DNA of 64,000 bases from Eledone cirrhosa (GCA_964016885.1 OZ024744.1:59148001-59212000), one strand, 5' to 3'; counted from the first letter of the stretch, positions 50,480 to 62,905 are shown. The notes: generated by a model from the sequence alone, not told the origin. A program made the numbers and translations.

Positions 50480-50698
50480 ATTAAAACTGGTTTGAGTGGG
50501 AGTAATCGATTTCATCCTGTTGGTCGGCTGGTGAAAAAGTGGGCTAATCGGTGTCAGCCGAAATAGTTGTCTCTTCCTGTTGCGTTCAGTTTCTCTCGTT
50601 CATACGGTCTGTAGCATTCGCGAAGGTCTTTTCGTGATATCATAACTCCCTCTTATTTCGTTGGTATTTACCGTCGTATATCTATCTACATCTTCAAG
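50480..50698 (+). promoter_or_regulatory. Probable promoter and 5'UTR of the TOM5-like gene
   Basis: Unique, CpG-containing sequence with ETS-like CTTCCTG (~50574) and Inr-like TCAGTT (50586-50591) upstream of ATG 50699. Confidence 0.45.
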
Positions 50699-50813
50699 AT
50701 GATGCGAACGCAGAAGGACCGTGTCGATCCAGAAGAAGAGAAAAAGAAGGCCAGGCAACAAACAATGCAGACGGCCGCTTTCTTCGTAATGGTCTGTGGC
50801 TTTATACGAGCAA
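50699..50813 (+). CDS. TOMM5: Mitochondrial import receptor subunit TOM5-like, coding exon 1
   Basis: MMRTQKDRVDPEEEKKKARQQTMQTAAFFVMVCGFIRA plus 1 nt, then donor GTGAGT. The DPEE-basic stretch followed by a hydrophobic segment and R resembles TOM5 (LDPEEMKRK...ALLRVTP). Confidence 0.75.
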
Positions 50814-51635
50814 GTGAGTGACCTTAATTAACCCTTTCACCTTCACTTTACAAATACACTTTCTTTAATTCATATTAATACAATTAAGATTTGTCGTTTC
50901 GTCTACTTTTTCAATAGAGATCATTATTACTATATATATGTCTATGTCTTTGTTTAAAGTTCATTACTTTCTTTGGACTTCCCACTAACTGTTATTTATT
51001 TAGTTTAACACATTCTTAATGTAAACATTAAAACCATGGTTATATTTATATTTGAACTGCGCTAGTAGTTCAAATATAAACTGTTCAAATTTGAACTGCG
51101 CTAGTAGTGAGTGTATTATTCGTTGTTTGAAATAATTTATAATGTCTATATTACTAATTAGTAAGTGACATTTACTACAAAATAAGACTATCCAGTTTTT
51201 CTAAGACATTAATTTTCAAAATATGATATAACCTTTAACAATTATTTCTATATTATTATTTCATTTTATCTTCTTTTTATTTAAAACATTTGAATTTTAT
51301 TAAAAATAATTCCGGTTGATATTTCAGTTTAATATTATTGAACCGAATAAGCAATTAGTTGGCAGTGCCCTAACATGGCCACAGCCCACCAATTGAATAC
51401 TGTAAACGATTAAAAGAATTTATGTAATATTAATAAGAATAATTAATCATGTTTCATTCCGGTTGAAAATGTGTTTAAAATAAAATAACTTGAATAACAG
51501 ATGACAACTTTGTCTTTCTCACCCACGCCTGAAACTCACCACGTGTTTTTGTTTCGCGTGACATTACACAACTTTTGAATATATATTATATATAGTTTTG
51601 CGAGGTTTTTTATATGAAATCGTGTGTCGAAACAA

Positions 51636-52037
51636 ATATTGTTATACTTGGGGAGGGTCATATTTGTGTAATAATATTGCCAGAATTAATAACAGAACAC
51701 ACTCACTGTTTGGTTGGTTTTCGCTTCTGTATCTTTTATATCGGTTAATTTAATTTATTCGGTCCTCAATGTTGCCATTGCCTGACCAACGGTCAAAAAT
51801 ACAGATACAATATAGACACAAACACATATATATTCGGTATATATATATGTGTTTGTGTCTATATTGTATCTGTATTTTTTACCTTGGTCAGTCAATGGTA
51901 ACATTGAGGACCGAATAAATTAAATTAACCGATATAAAAGATACAGAAGCGAAAACCAACCAAACAGTGAGTGTGTTCTGTTATTAATTCTGGCAATATT
52001 ATTACACAAATATGACCCTCCCCAAGTATAACAATAT
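51636..52037. repeat. ~195-bp near-perfect inverted repeat in the TOM5 intron
   Basis: 51636-51832 is the reverse complement of ~51843-52037, around a TA-rich loop. Confidence 0.92.
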
Positions 52038-52269
52038 ATATATGTGTGTAATTCTTTCTGTATGGCCTGAATATCGAATAACGTGCATTAAAAACACACT
52101 AGCTTTAATAGGTACCTATTTACAATCAACTTGTCCTTCAAGGTCATTCCATGAATCCAAGGAAATAAAACCGTTACAGCGCGCACGCATATATGTCTAT
52201 GTGTGTGTCTTGTGGGTGAATTTTGTAAAAGAAAACCGTGTAGACACCCGTAATATATATATCAAGATA

Positions 52270-52716
52270 CCGCACAAACTGAATATTTTTCATTCCTCCC
52301 AACCGCGACATTTAAACTGATTTGAAGACTGAGAATTCTTATGTAACAACACGGACATGTGTATATTATCTAAACGAATCAAAAAATATTTGTGTGCATA
52401 GAAACGATGTAGGTTATAAAAAAAATCATCTAGAATATTGCAATAACAAAATGTGACAGATATTAAGTTTTGCTGTAGGCCATAAATGTGGGAGATTAGA
52501 ACCATTTCGAGAAATGAAAAACGAAACATCACTGCTTACTTAAATGGTGCCAGTGTGAAAACGCACGGAGACAGACATGCATATATATATATGCACACAA
52601 ATATTTTTTGATTAGTTTAGATAATATACACATGTCCATGTTGTTACATAAGAATTCTCAGTCGTCAAATCAATTTAAGTGGTTGGGAGGAATAAAAAAA
52701 ACATTCAGTTTGTGCG
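52270..52716. repeat. Imperfect inverted repeat (~52270-52400 / ~52590-52716)
   Basis: GACTGAGAATTCTTATGTAACAAC versus GTTGTTACATAAGAATTCTCAGTC. Confidence 0.8.
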
Positions 52717-52779
52717 ATATCTTGGCCAGGTGTTTTCTATCATATCTTCGGATTTACCTAACAAATCACCATCAACAAC

Positions 52780-52940
52780 ATTTTACGTCCGCCTACCATG
52801 GTAGCATTGGTTAGATGGATGGTCCAATCCTTCTAGTGTTGGAGAGCCACGTCTTGCTCATACATTCGGGGTTTTTTTTGCATGGTTTCTATGGCTGGAT
52901 GCCCTTCCTTAATGTCAACACTTTTACAGTGTTCTGGTGC
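52780..52940 (-). mobile_element. RTE-related SINE tail family copy
   Basis: GCTGGATGCCCTTCCT and CCATGGTAGCAT motifs. Confidence 0.6.
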
Positions 52941-53689
52941 ATTTTATTGTTTGACAAACTCTAGCACTGCATTTTACCATGGCATCAGCACTAGTGAGGT
53001 TGTCATGAACTTGTCAACATTGAAAATTTGGTAGATGGAGACTGAAATCCTATCTGACAATCTGTTCATTTTCTTTAAAGCCACCGCTGTCTTGTCTTTA
53101 GGTGCTTTAGCTAAGTCTACTATTGAAAGCATTCTCTGTAAGGAAAGCATCCTCTGTCCTACATTCTGCCTATAAGGAAAGGTAGGTAGCTGATCATCAG
53201 ATTGGACCAAGGAAAAATGTACCTGTTGGTACTACCTGTTGATATTATCTGCTGGTCACAACACCTGGCAGAAGGGGGTTGGATTTGAATTCAGAATGCA
53301 CAGAGTTAGATTCATACTTAATTTATCAACTCCAAAAGGCAAAGTTTACCTTGGCTCAATTTGAACTCAGAGCACAGAGTTGGAAGAAATATGCTGTAAC
53401 AACCTCTGCCAATTTTCTACTTCTATGTCTAAAACAAAGTATAAAATAATAAAAGTTGTTGACTGCATTCAATTTGTGCACCTCAATTAGCTCCAATAAT
53501 TATTCTAACCAAACAATCATACTACCACATGTCTCACGGATTGAAAATATATTGGGATTACCACAGAAAATCATGATCATTATTAATAGTTATTTTAATT
53601 GCATAAATCTTAGATGTGTGTCTTCAAATTGTACAAGACTGAGCGATTGCCCCCGGTACGACTGTAAGTGGTAGTGCCGATGGCAGGAT

Positions 53690-53995
53690 AACATGTACTC
53701 AGTACACTTTGTAGAGTGGTTCTAGTAGTGCTGGTACATAATAAAATGTGCTGAGTACTCTCTGTAGAGTAGATGTGCTAGCCATGATAAAATGCACCTG
53801 ATACACTCTATAGAGTGGTCGTGCTGGTGCCATGATAAAATGCACCCAGTACACTCTGTAAAGTAGTTGGTATTGGAAAGGGCATCAAGTTGTAGATATC
53901 TTGCCAAAAATAGAACATATGAGCGAGACTTAGTCCCCTCAACCCATACAATCTCTGTAACAACTTGTCCAACACAAACCTGTGATGAGAAAACA
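53690..53995 (+). mobile_element. RTE-related SINE tail family copy with ~43-bp tandem subrepeats
   Basis: Repeated ATAAAATGCACC..TACACTCTGTA, then GTTGGTATTGGAAAGGGCATC. Confidence 0.55.
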
Positions 53996-54039
53996 AACAT
54001 TTGAGAATTTATCAAAAACTCTTTAATGTCAGCAAAATC

Positions 54040-54505
54040 GAAATTTATATAACAAAGATAAGGTTGTCCCCAGCCACAGTTGAATCTGTGCTGTTATGGC
54101 AGTGAGACATGGACACTTCCAAAATGAACATAAAATAGTTTTAATGGTTGCTAGAAAAGAGTATTATCAGTGGTTCTTGATATCAAGTAAGTGCTGCTCA
54201 TGAAAAATGAATGCCTGTATGTAAACCTCCCAAAATAGAGTGAGAAGATCATAAAACGTTGACTGCATCCATCCAGACATTATATAAGACATCTAAAAAG
54301 GGAGATGTTGAAGTTAGTCGTGTGAGATCGATGGAGTGGTAAAGTGTAGTGAACGTCATATCACATATATTGACAACCTGGAACAGGATACTGGCCTAGA
54401 ATCTATCCAGGCACTGAAGGTGGCAATAATGGACAGTGAAGTGTGGTGGATGTCATGCCAAATACATTGACAACCTGGAGCAGAATACTGGCCTAGAATC
54501 TATCC
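54040..54505 (+). mobile_element. Highly decayed RTE 3' fragment
   Basis: TVESVL..GSETWTL motif at ~54077-54120. Confidence 0.45.
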
Positions 54506-54685
54506 AGGTGGAAATAGTGTAGAGCAAACAGATATATCATGGCACCAATGGTACATCATTGGAATTATTAACATAGTTTTCTTTTTATAGAGATTGACAA
54601 AATTAGTAGTTGGGATGTAAAAATCTTTTGAAGCAGTTTCAATACACCTGCTAACACCAATAAATATAAACACTATATATATTGT

Positions 54686-55137
54686 CCTACCCATGCTAGC
54701 ATGGAAGATGGACGTTAAACGATGATGATGATGATGATATCATCATATCATCATTTAACATCCATCTTCCACGCTAGCATGGGTTGGATGGTTTTGTCCC
54801 ACTTGATGCGGGAATGGTCGGAAGACCATATCTCACTCGTACAGAACTATTTCTGGCTTGTTATTCTTTAGCTGGATGCCATTCCTAACACCAACCACAT
54901 TTACAGTGTGAACTGGGAGCCTTTTTACCGTGTCTCCTACATGACCACTTTACTGTGTGGACTGGGTGCTTTTTGTCATGACACCTACACGACCACTTTA
55001 CAGTGTGGACTGGGTGCTTTTTTGTTGTGACACCTACACGACCACTTTACAGTGTGGACTGGGTGCTTTTTGTTGTGACACCTACATGACCACTTTATAG
55101 CATGGACTGGGTGCTTTTTGTTGTGACACCTACACGA
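54686..55137 (-). mobile_element. Tail-to-tail RTE-related tail elements around (GAT/CAT)n, with 42-bp tandem subrepeats
   Basis: CCCATGCTAGCATGGAAGATGGACGTTAAA on + faces its complement. GACCACTTTACAGTGTGGACTGGGTGCTTTTTG..GACACCTACAC occurs four times. Confidence 0.7.
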
Positions 55138-55261
55138 AATTGTAGGATGAAGTAGGGTGGGTTGTATATTGAGTTAAGAGGTACCTACTGACTAGGTTTA
55201 TATATATATAGTAATAATAATAATTATGAAAACCAAAATCCGAAGAGGGTCCGATAAAGAT

Positions 55262-55428
55262 TATATATATATTTATTATTAGTACAGATTAAAGTTTAAG
55301 CAAAGAATCGCTGCTTTCATCCTTTTACAGGATCTTTTGAGTTTCAGAAGATCCCATAAAAGGGTGAAAACAGCGATTCTTTGCTTAAACTTTAATCTGT
55401 ACTAATAATAAATATGTATATATATATA
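55262..55428. repeat. Fold-back element with ~72-bp arms and a decayed hammerhead-like motif
   Basis: Arms at 55262-55336 and 55348-55428. Confidence 0.8.
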
Positions 55429-56489
55429 AATACACATACACACACACAAACACATGATGGGCTTCTACGCTGTTTTCATCTATTGAATTCCACTTACAAG
55501 GTATTGGTCAACCCAAAAGAAGACACTTGTTGAAAATGGCACACAGTCAAATCAAACATAGTTACAAAGCAAATTTCTTAACCTCACGCCTATGTTTTAT
55601 TTATTTTTTATTTTTTTATTGCATCCATTCTTTTTCAACAATTCTTCACAGCTGGAATAAACTCCATTGGTTTTGACAATGAGTTTTCTAGTTATTCAAT
55701 CAACAGAAATTAATGTGCCAGTGACTGCTGTGCCCTTAATGTAGTTCTCAGGAAGATTTACTATGACTAGCCCTTGAGTTACAAGTACTGCTCATCTTTG
55801 GCTATGATAAACGATACTTGCTCAAGATGTCATGCCATGTGATCAAACCTGGAATCTTATGATTGCAAAGCAACCAGATACTATTCTTATTACTAATCAC
55901 TCAATAAATTCCAACCTAATTTCACAATTATCTAGTTTTGATGGGTTGAGGAAAGCTGTATTATGTATATTAGCTGGGACACAATATGTGAGTCATAGTG
56001 ATGTTTGAACAGACATCTTGAAATGATTTAGTAGAAAATATCCAAATACTACTTTAATTCAAACCTTTACATTGTTTTCACTTTGTGAAAATTTAAAGTA
56101 TTAGAGTAATGCAGTTTCATGTGGTACAGGACATTAAGAGATAATAATCTCACAGCTATTGTATTTTAACCTTTTTGTGATTATGTTTCTAATAGTGTTG
56201 GTGCCACAATAAAATGCACCTAGTACATGCTGAAAAGTGGTTGGCGATAAGAAGGGTATCCAACCTTATAAATCCTGACAAAATGGAACGTATGAGCAGG
56301 ACATGGTCATTTGACGTGTCTAGGCACAGAACATGACAGCCTGTTCAATGCATGCCAACATGGAAAGAAGACAAAAATGATGGTGATGATGATGATGTTA
56401 TTTCATGGGAGTAAATCACCAAAAAATAGATGGCAGGACAAGCCTTAACCGGTTTCATTTTTGTTTGTGACATTGAATGAGTATCCTCT

Positions 56490-57180
56490 GCCTCCGGGTT
56501 CTGACCAACATGATGGTGAATACATTGCCTCGGAGGACGGCAAGAGAGACATGCTGAAACAGCCACTCCACCTTGCAGGGCTTGCACCTGCGGGCAGCCT
56601 GCTCCACTCTGATAGCAGTGGTCCCAGGGGCAAGAGCCTGCTACAGGCTCTACCACAAATCTGTAACAGAGCAGCTGATAATTGGATAGTTTGTCCTTTC
56701 GGCTTGGCTGGTAGCCGAACGCACCAGGTTGCCACTAGAATATGTGTTAGATGAGGGGTCTACCACTGTGGAACAAGAAGACTGTGATGCTGTCAGGCCT
56801 TTTGTCCTCCCCACTGGTTCAAGCTGGGAAGGGAAGCCTGTGTTATCCAGGCCATGCTTTTTGATCTTGTTGAGAGCAGCAAGGCATGTGAGTTGGCCAG
56901 CACTATAATGGCATGACAGTGGTTGGAGACCAAAAGAATCCACAGTGGTACCGCAGTGGCATTTGTGAGACTCACATATGCAGAGGCTGAGCCTCTGGAA
57001 AACACCAATGCTCAAGCAGTCACTGTCCAGCTGAGTGCCAGATGCAAATGATGAAACTGAGTTCAGCTGATGCACCAGCCCATCTGAAACCATTTAGCAA
57101 AGGATGGCATCCTATTGGTTTTGGAGAGCCTGGACGTCTTCAAAGGGGAGAGGGTGATCTTCTCAACGCGGAAGTTCAGC
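56490..57180 (-). mobile_element. Decayed CRE-clade RLE fragment
   Basis: SIGVFQRLSL..HKCHCG..LAALN..GFPSQLEPVG; homologous to 48000-48260. Confidence 0.7.
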
Positions 57181-58215
57181 TGGTTCCATGTCTCACGTTA
57201 CTCAATCACAGAAGATTTACTTGTATCTATGTTTTCAATAAATTTTGAAAATAAGAATTTGGAAGGATTTAATAAAATAACTTAATTGAATGTTCTTACA
57301 TCAAAGTATGAGGGAATGTTTTCATTTAAATATATATAGACAAATAACTAACAAATAGTTATTGCTCTACATGGCTGAATACAATAAATGTAATATGAGT
57401 TTTTCGAATATTAATAATATTCGATTTGTTTGCGATTATGCAATTATACAAACAGCCAGTGAAAATATATATTTTCTGAAATATACAGTGACTGGTCGGC
57501 CTAATTTGCATATTAGACTGGCTGATCAGTCAGATCTGCATATTAACAGACCCACTGATCAGCCAGATTTGCATATCAGCAGATAGGCCAGTCAGTTTCA
57601 TGTATACAAATGATTAATGGGCAGCTTTGTCATATTCAAATAACTAACAACTAGTTATCGCTCTATATGGCTTTAATGTCTGCTTTTTCTATTAGCAAGG
57701 GATGGATGGATCTATATAGACCAAGAGATATCAGTACTGAAGTGGGGCTACTGATCTCCCAAACAGGCACACATTCTACTGTGTGCACAGAAGTTGTCAT
57801 GTCTTTGACTCAACTGAAGGGTCCTCCCAACCCTTTGTTTGGCAAGCTCTACAGCTAGATGCCCTATCAGATTAAAACAGAGTTAGTAGATTTTTGTTAG
57901 AAATGTCACAAAAGGCTTAAAACAGACAGTTTTGTATCTTTAAAGTGTTTAGACATATTAATTTTCTATAAGAGATTTTTGTTAAGTAATTTTCGAAACA
58001 CCAGCTTCTATGAAATAAAACTACCTATTTTAAAAGGTTCTATAAAAATTAAAATATTCTAATATAAATTGATATAAGAAACTTTTGTGGAGTTATGTTA
58101 CAAATAGCATCTTGATAATGAAATAGTAACTATAGTAAATTTTTCCAGATTCTTCATACATTAATTTAAATGCAGTGTATAGCATTACTAAATTTTCTTT
58201 TTATTTCCATTTCAG

Positions 58216-58244
58216 TTCCTATTATGATAGAACGGTTCAATTAA
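58216..58244 (+). CDS. TOMM5: TOM5-like coding exon 2
   Basis: Branch-like ACTAAAT, pyrimidine tract and TTTCAG acceptor. The phase-1 join gives ...IRA-IPIMIERFN*, which restores the conserved R-x-x-P and a short C-terminal tail. Confidence 0.65.
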
Positions 58245-58899
58245 ATATACTTTAATAAGGAGAGAGAAAGAAAGAAAGAAAGAAAGAAATATTTCTAGAA
58301 GAGACAGTTCAATGACTTTAGAATGAAGTGAACAATATCTGCTGCTTGGTGCCGATGACAGTTTATGTCTTCTTCGTATGTTCAGCACCAGTTCAGGATA
58401 TGGAAGGTGTGCCATGTTCTGGAATGTACTCATGTCCTCAAAGCTTCTTTTTTACTGAAAGAATGGATGGTTTGGTGCAATATTGTGTGTTACAGTTTTT
58501 ATTCATTAGAATTCATTCCAAGCATTAAAAATACCTGTTAATTATAACTTGTTTTTGGTCTTTCTTTATTCAGAACTTTTTGTTGTTTTTCTTTTAATGG
58601 CTTCATTTTCCAATACTCCAGTTCATTCAGATGAAATAATAAGGACCCACATGTGACCATTCTAAGGTCTGAGCACTCCGACTCATGTTTGATCTCTAAT
58701 GAATCCTGCTTGGTAATCAGATATGGTCCATGGTATAGACACTTCACCTTCTATCATGACAGGTACAACAAACTGCCATTACTCCAAAAAGGAAACTCAA
58801 CCCTTCTCCTAATTCTAACAATTCATACACTTCAAACAAATCTTCCAACCTATCATAAACTGCCACCCATCTTCTAATTTTACAAAGAAATCATCATCA

Positions 58900-59463
58900 T
58901 CTTCATCCATCTTCCACGCTAACATGGGTTAGACGGGAGTTGTCCCACTTGAGGCAAGGTTGGTCGGGTAACCGTGTCTCGCTCATATAGGACTATCTGG
59001 CAGGTTTTCTACGGCTGGATGCCCTTCCTAACACCAACCACATTTACAGTGTGGAACTGGGAACTTTTTACCGTGCTACCTACACGGCCACATTACAGCG
59101 TGGACTGTGTGGTTTTTTTCTTGTGACACCTACACGATCTCCATCTCATTTATCTCATTTATTTGAACTGGATGTTGTGGTACCAACTTTATAGAGCGAG
59201 GTTGGTAGGAGTGGGAGGATAGGGTAGAGGTAGTGGATTGGGGTAGACATTTGGTTAAGAGGTGCCTTCTGACTGTAGGTATCGCTTTGTACATAGGCAA
59301 GGCGGGTCTTCTGTATTACTGCGTAGCGCCAAAGATCTCGGTCCAGTGACATTGTCTTAGAGAGGTGCAAGTGTGTAAGGTCGGAATTTATCAGATCGTC
59401 CCAGGTTTTTCTGGGTCTACCTACGCAGCTGTCGTCTTTCATGCGCATCACGTGGCCATACCA
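58900..59463 (-). mobile_element. RTE LINE 3' end with the shared 3' module
   Basis: WYGHVMRMKDDSCVGRPRKTWDD, followed by the (GAT)n-tailed module. Confidence 0.8.
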
Positions 59464-59829
59464 AATAGATTCCTTATTCAGTCAAGTGTAAGCTTTCTTG
59501 TTTTTCTTTGCCCTTCCCTCTTCTTAAATCTACTCTGAGGCCCCTTAATCAATATGGAGAGCCATGAGCTTTAATGAGCGGCCCTGATAAGGAAAGCAAT
59601 AACTCATGAAATTCCACATGGAGTGAGGCGTTGATCCAGCTAACTGCAGTGAAAGCAACCTGTCTAGGAGAGCTGTAACTAAATAAAATCTGACACTGTA
59701 CAGAAGATACTTTAGTTCTGTTAGTGATGTACTCAGTTGTGAGGTGGTTGGATGGGAACATCAAACAGTCATACCAACTCACTTTCTCTCAGATGCTGAA
59801 AATAGGTATCAAACTACCCATCTTTTCCT

Positions 59830-60340
59830 ATCAGCTGCAAAATGTGTCGCCTTACAATAGCAAGCTAACCGCAGAACTTGAAGCAACTGGGAGGCTGAAA
59901 GAACTAAAGCTCTATTCCCTGGAATGAAGATGGGAGATATGCAGTGATATACATATGGAGGATCCTGGAAAGACTAGCACCAAACTTTGACATTGAGAGT
60001 TGGACCAATCCTTGAACAGGATGCTGCTGTGTAGTACCAAAGGTTACATCCAGAGTAAGGAACAGATACTGCCATACTTTGGGGTTTCAAAGGGCCTCAC
60101 CTCTTTAATAAGCTGCCAAAAAACATGAGAGATCAACATGGAGTGGATGTAGATGTTTTCAAGAAACATCTTCACATTATGCTAACCAGGATCCCAGATG
60201 AACCCAGAACACAAAATGAAGTACAAATAAAGACGGCAGTGACAAACTCCCTTTTTCATCAATGGTCAACCAATGAAAGTGTTGCAACAATGGCAGTGTC
60301 CCAGCCTGGCCTCTGCCAGTTAGCTGGAACAGGTTAAAAG
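59830..60340 (+). mobile_element. Decayed CR1/L2-group LINE 3' fragment
   Basis: RLKELKLYSLE; KGPHLFNKLPKNMR..VDVFKKHL..IPDEP. Confidence 0.65.
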
Positions 60341-60359
60341 AATATTCAAGGTATAAATG

Positions 60360-60532
60360 TTTGTTAAATCAATAAAAAAATTATTGTATCTTTATTTTTG
60401 GCATGAACATCAGCTTAATAACAAGAAAATTAGTTATGTTACTAAATACCCCCAAATTCTTGATTATTTAAAAAATTATTTGGAAATCATAGGCAGTGTC
60501 TTTCATTAGAAATATGGTATTGAATGGGTTAA
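60360..60532. mobile_element. Right part of a TTAA-bounded (piggyBac-like) non-autonomous element
   Basis: Ends GGTATTGAATGGG|TTAA. Shares AAATTCTTGATTATTTAAAAAATTATTTG with 62906-63140, which begins TTAA|CCCTCTTGATACC. Confidence 0.45.
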
Positions 60533-61334
60533 TTTCTTTATATTAGTGGTTCTTATTTTTCATGAATTATCCGAAAGAAGATTTGGAACATTGGTAATCT
60601 TGAAGTTGAGCAGATGTTGACCCAAGGCTTTTCCCTATAATTAAAAAGAAACAACAAAAATATAGAGTAAATTGTATAATTTTCTTTTTTCAAATTAAGC
60701 ATACTGAGGTTGGATAAATTCAATTTAATCTGCATTAATTAACCACCATATATACTTGTGTATAAGTCACACTTTCCTATGAGTTAACTACTGAACCTAC
60801 AAAACCTCAAATTAAAATGTGGTATCCCATGCAAACATTAACCAGTGATGATGATGATTGGAATGTCATTGTTTTCATGTTTGCATTTCCATTCTGACAT
60901 CCCTATTTTGCCCTTGCAATTGTTCAGAATATTTTTACAAACAATTAGTAATTGACATTAAGCTATTTACTGAGAAACAGTGCACCCTATAAAGTGGTTG
61001 GTATTAGGAAAAGCATTCAGTTGTAGAAACCATGACCACAGCAGTGTTAAGGAATTGATAATATCTCTAATACTGATGCAGTGATAAAATACATCCAGCA
61101 CACTCAATAAAATGGTTGGTGTTTGATGTTAACAAAATCATGCTTAAAATAGAACATTTTTTAGTAGGATGTCCGATCTTTCTAGAAGAATGATAATTCC
61201 AAATAAGAACTCACTCAGATTGTGACATTTTCAACCCACAAACCTGCCAACCTTTAAAAACCCAAAAGGGGAGTACCATGAAAAAAAGTGCCCCAAAACT
61301 GGAAGAAATGAAGCAAAATGGGGAGATTTTACAT

Positions 61335-61521
61335 AATTGTTTCTACTTTAGGCACAAGGCCAGCAATTATCCCAGTGTATTACTGGTACTTTATTTTATC
61401 GACCCCGTAAGGATGAAAGGCAAAGTTAACCTTGGCGGGATTTGAACTCAGACCATAAAGGGCCGTAACTCTTTGCTGCAAAGCATGGCGTCCGACCCTC
61501 TACCGATACTGCCAATCCACC
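61335..61521 (-). mobile_element. Meta/MESC-like tRNA SINE, full length
   Basis: Near-identical to 34913-35098. Confidence 0.8.
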
Positions 61522-62028
61522 GAATGAAAGCTATACCCATTTATACAAGAAAAGGCATCTCTCTCACCCACCCCAAAGGCTATTCCTGCTGTGCGTCTGT
61601 ATAGATGCTTACATTTGAGTAGGTGCCGTGCTGGGAGTGAGAAATGGAATTTTGTTTCATTCTATACCATTTATCGTTTTCAGTGTGCCCAGCCGACTAA
61701 ACTCACTGGATATGCAATAGGCTTGAAACTAGTGCATCGTTCCTGTGTCAGTGTTGAGCAGAAGGGTGGCGTGGTTGCATAAACACTGTACGGCGTAGTT
61801 AGGGCTGTTTGTTTGTTTACAAACAAACAAACCAAGCATTGTATAATAAATGTTCGGTGAACCGATGCGTGCATATATATATGTGTGTGCATGTATGTAT
61901 ATATATATACATACTGCTGTATGTCTGTATACATATATGTATGTACGTATACATACATACATACATACTTACATTTAAGTAAGTGCCGTACTAAGAGTGA
62001 GAAATGAAATTTTGTTTCATTCTATTCC

Positions 62029-62070
<42 letters not shown>

Positions 62071-62073
62071 AAT

Positions 62074-62457
62074 GGAGGCACATGGCTTAGTGGTTAGAGC
62101 TTTGGCCTTGCAATCGAAAGTTTGTGAGTTCAATTCAGACCGGGTGATGTGTTGTTTCCTTGAGCAAGACACTTTATTTCACATTGCTCCAGTTTACCCA
62201 GCTGTAGAAATGAGATGATAGGGACTGGGGCCCCTATCATTCCACTGCAAAGTGGTCGGGGAGGTGCCACGGCTGAAAAGCACCCAGCCCACACTGTAAA
62301 GTGGTCGTGTAGGCGCCACGGAAAAAAAAGCACCCAGTACTCACTGTAAATGAGGTTGGTGTTAGGAAGGACATCCAACTGTAGAAATCAAGCCAGAATC
62401 AATTCCCGTCCCACCCTTGCAAGCAGGGAAAAGTGGACGTAAAATGATGATGATGAT
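62074..62457 (+). mobile_element. tRNA-derived SINE (CORE/V-like centre) with the RTE-related (GAT)n-tailed 3' module
   Basis: A box TGGCTTAGTGG, B box GAGTTCAATTC, centre CCTTGAGCAAGACACTT, and a tail as in 45150-45400. Confidence 0.75.
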
Positions 62458-62541
62458 ATGAATATATTTATATTAGTATACTAAAACGTAGATGAGTTAC
62501 CCCCCTTTGCGTGACGTACAAAAACACGAGCATTATATAAT

Positions 62542-62660
62542 AATTGTTTCTACTTTTGGCACAAGGCCAGCAATTATCTCAGTGCATTATTTATCGACCC
62601 CATAAGGATGAAAGGCAAAGTTAACCTCGGTGGGATTTGAACTCAGACCATAAAGGACCG
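62542..62660 (-). mobile_element. Meta/MESC-like SINE, truncated
   Basis: Same core as the other copies. Confidence 0.75.
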
Positions 62661-62905
62661 TACAGTGCTCAGGTGCACTACAACTATTTAGTAGATGATC
62701 ATAACAGTTCGTCTGCTTGCCTTAATTTACCTTGAATGACAGAAGGCTTCATGTAAGTCATATTACACTGACAACCTCCACATGATTAAATGAATAACCT
62801 ACCCAACTTCACACACATGCACATGTGTATATTTATATGAGGTAAGCAGTAGGCAGATTGTGCAGAGGAGTCTCCCTACCATCCTAAAGAAAATACTGGG
62901 GACAT

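Noticed and set aside
52315-52360. TTGAAGA-CTGAG..CTTAT-GTAAC as a decayed hammerhead
   Set aside because: At least two core mismatches and no clear stem I; could be chance.
54925-55137. CRISPR-like regularly spaced repeats
   Set aside because: Contiguous ~42-bp tandem units with no unique spacers, no cas genes, and a eukaryotic context.
58538-58747. 69-aa minus-strand ORF near the TOM5 3' end
   Set aside because: Non-ATG start, no recognisable homology and no clear splice signals.
62074-62150. tRNA gene
   Set aside because: A and B boxes are present, but there is no complete cloverleaf and the sequence runs into a SINE body and tail.
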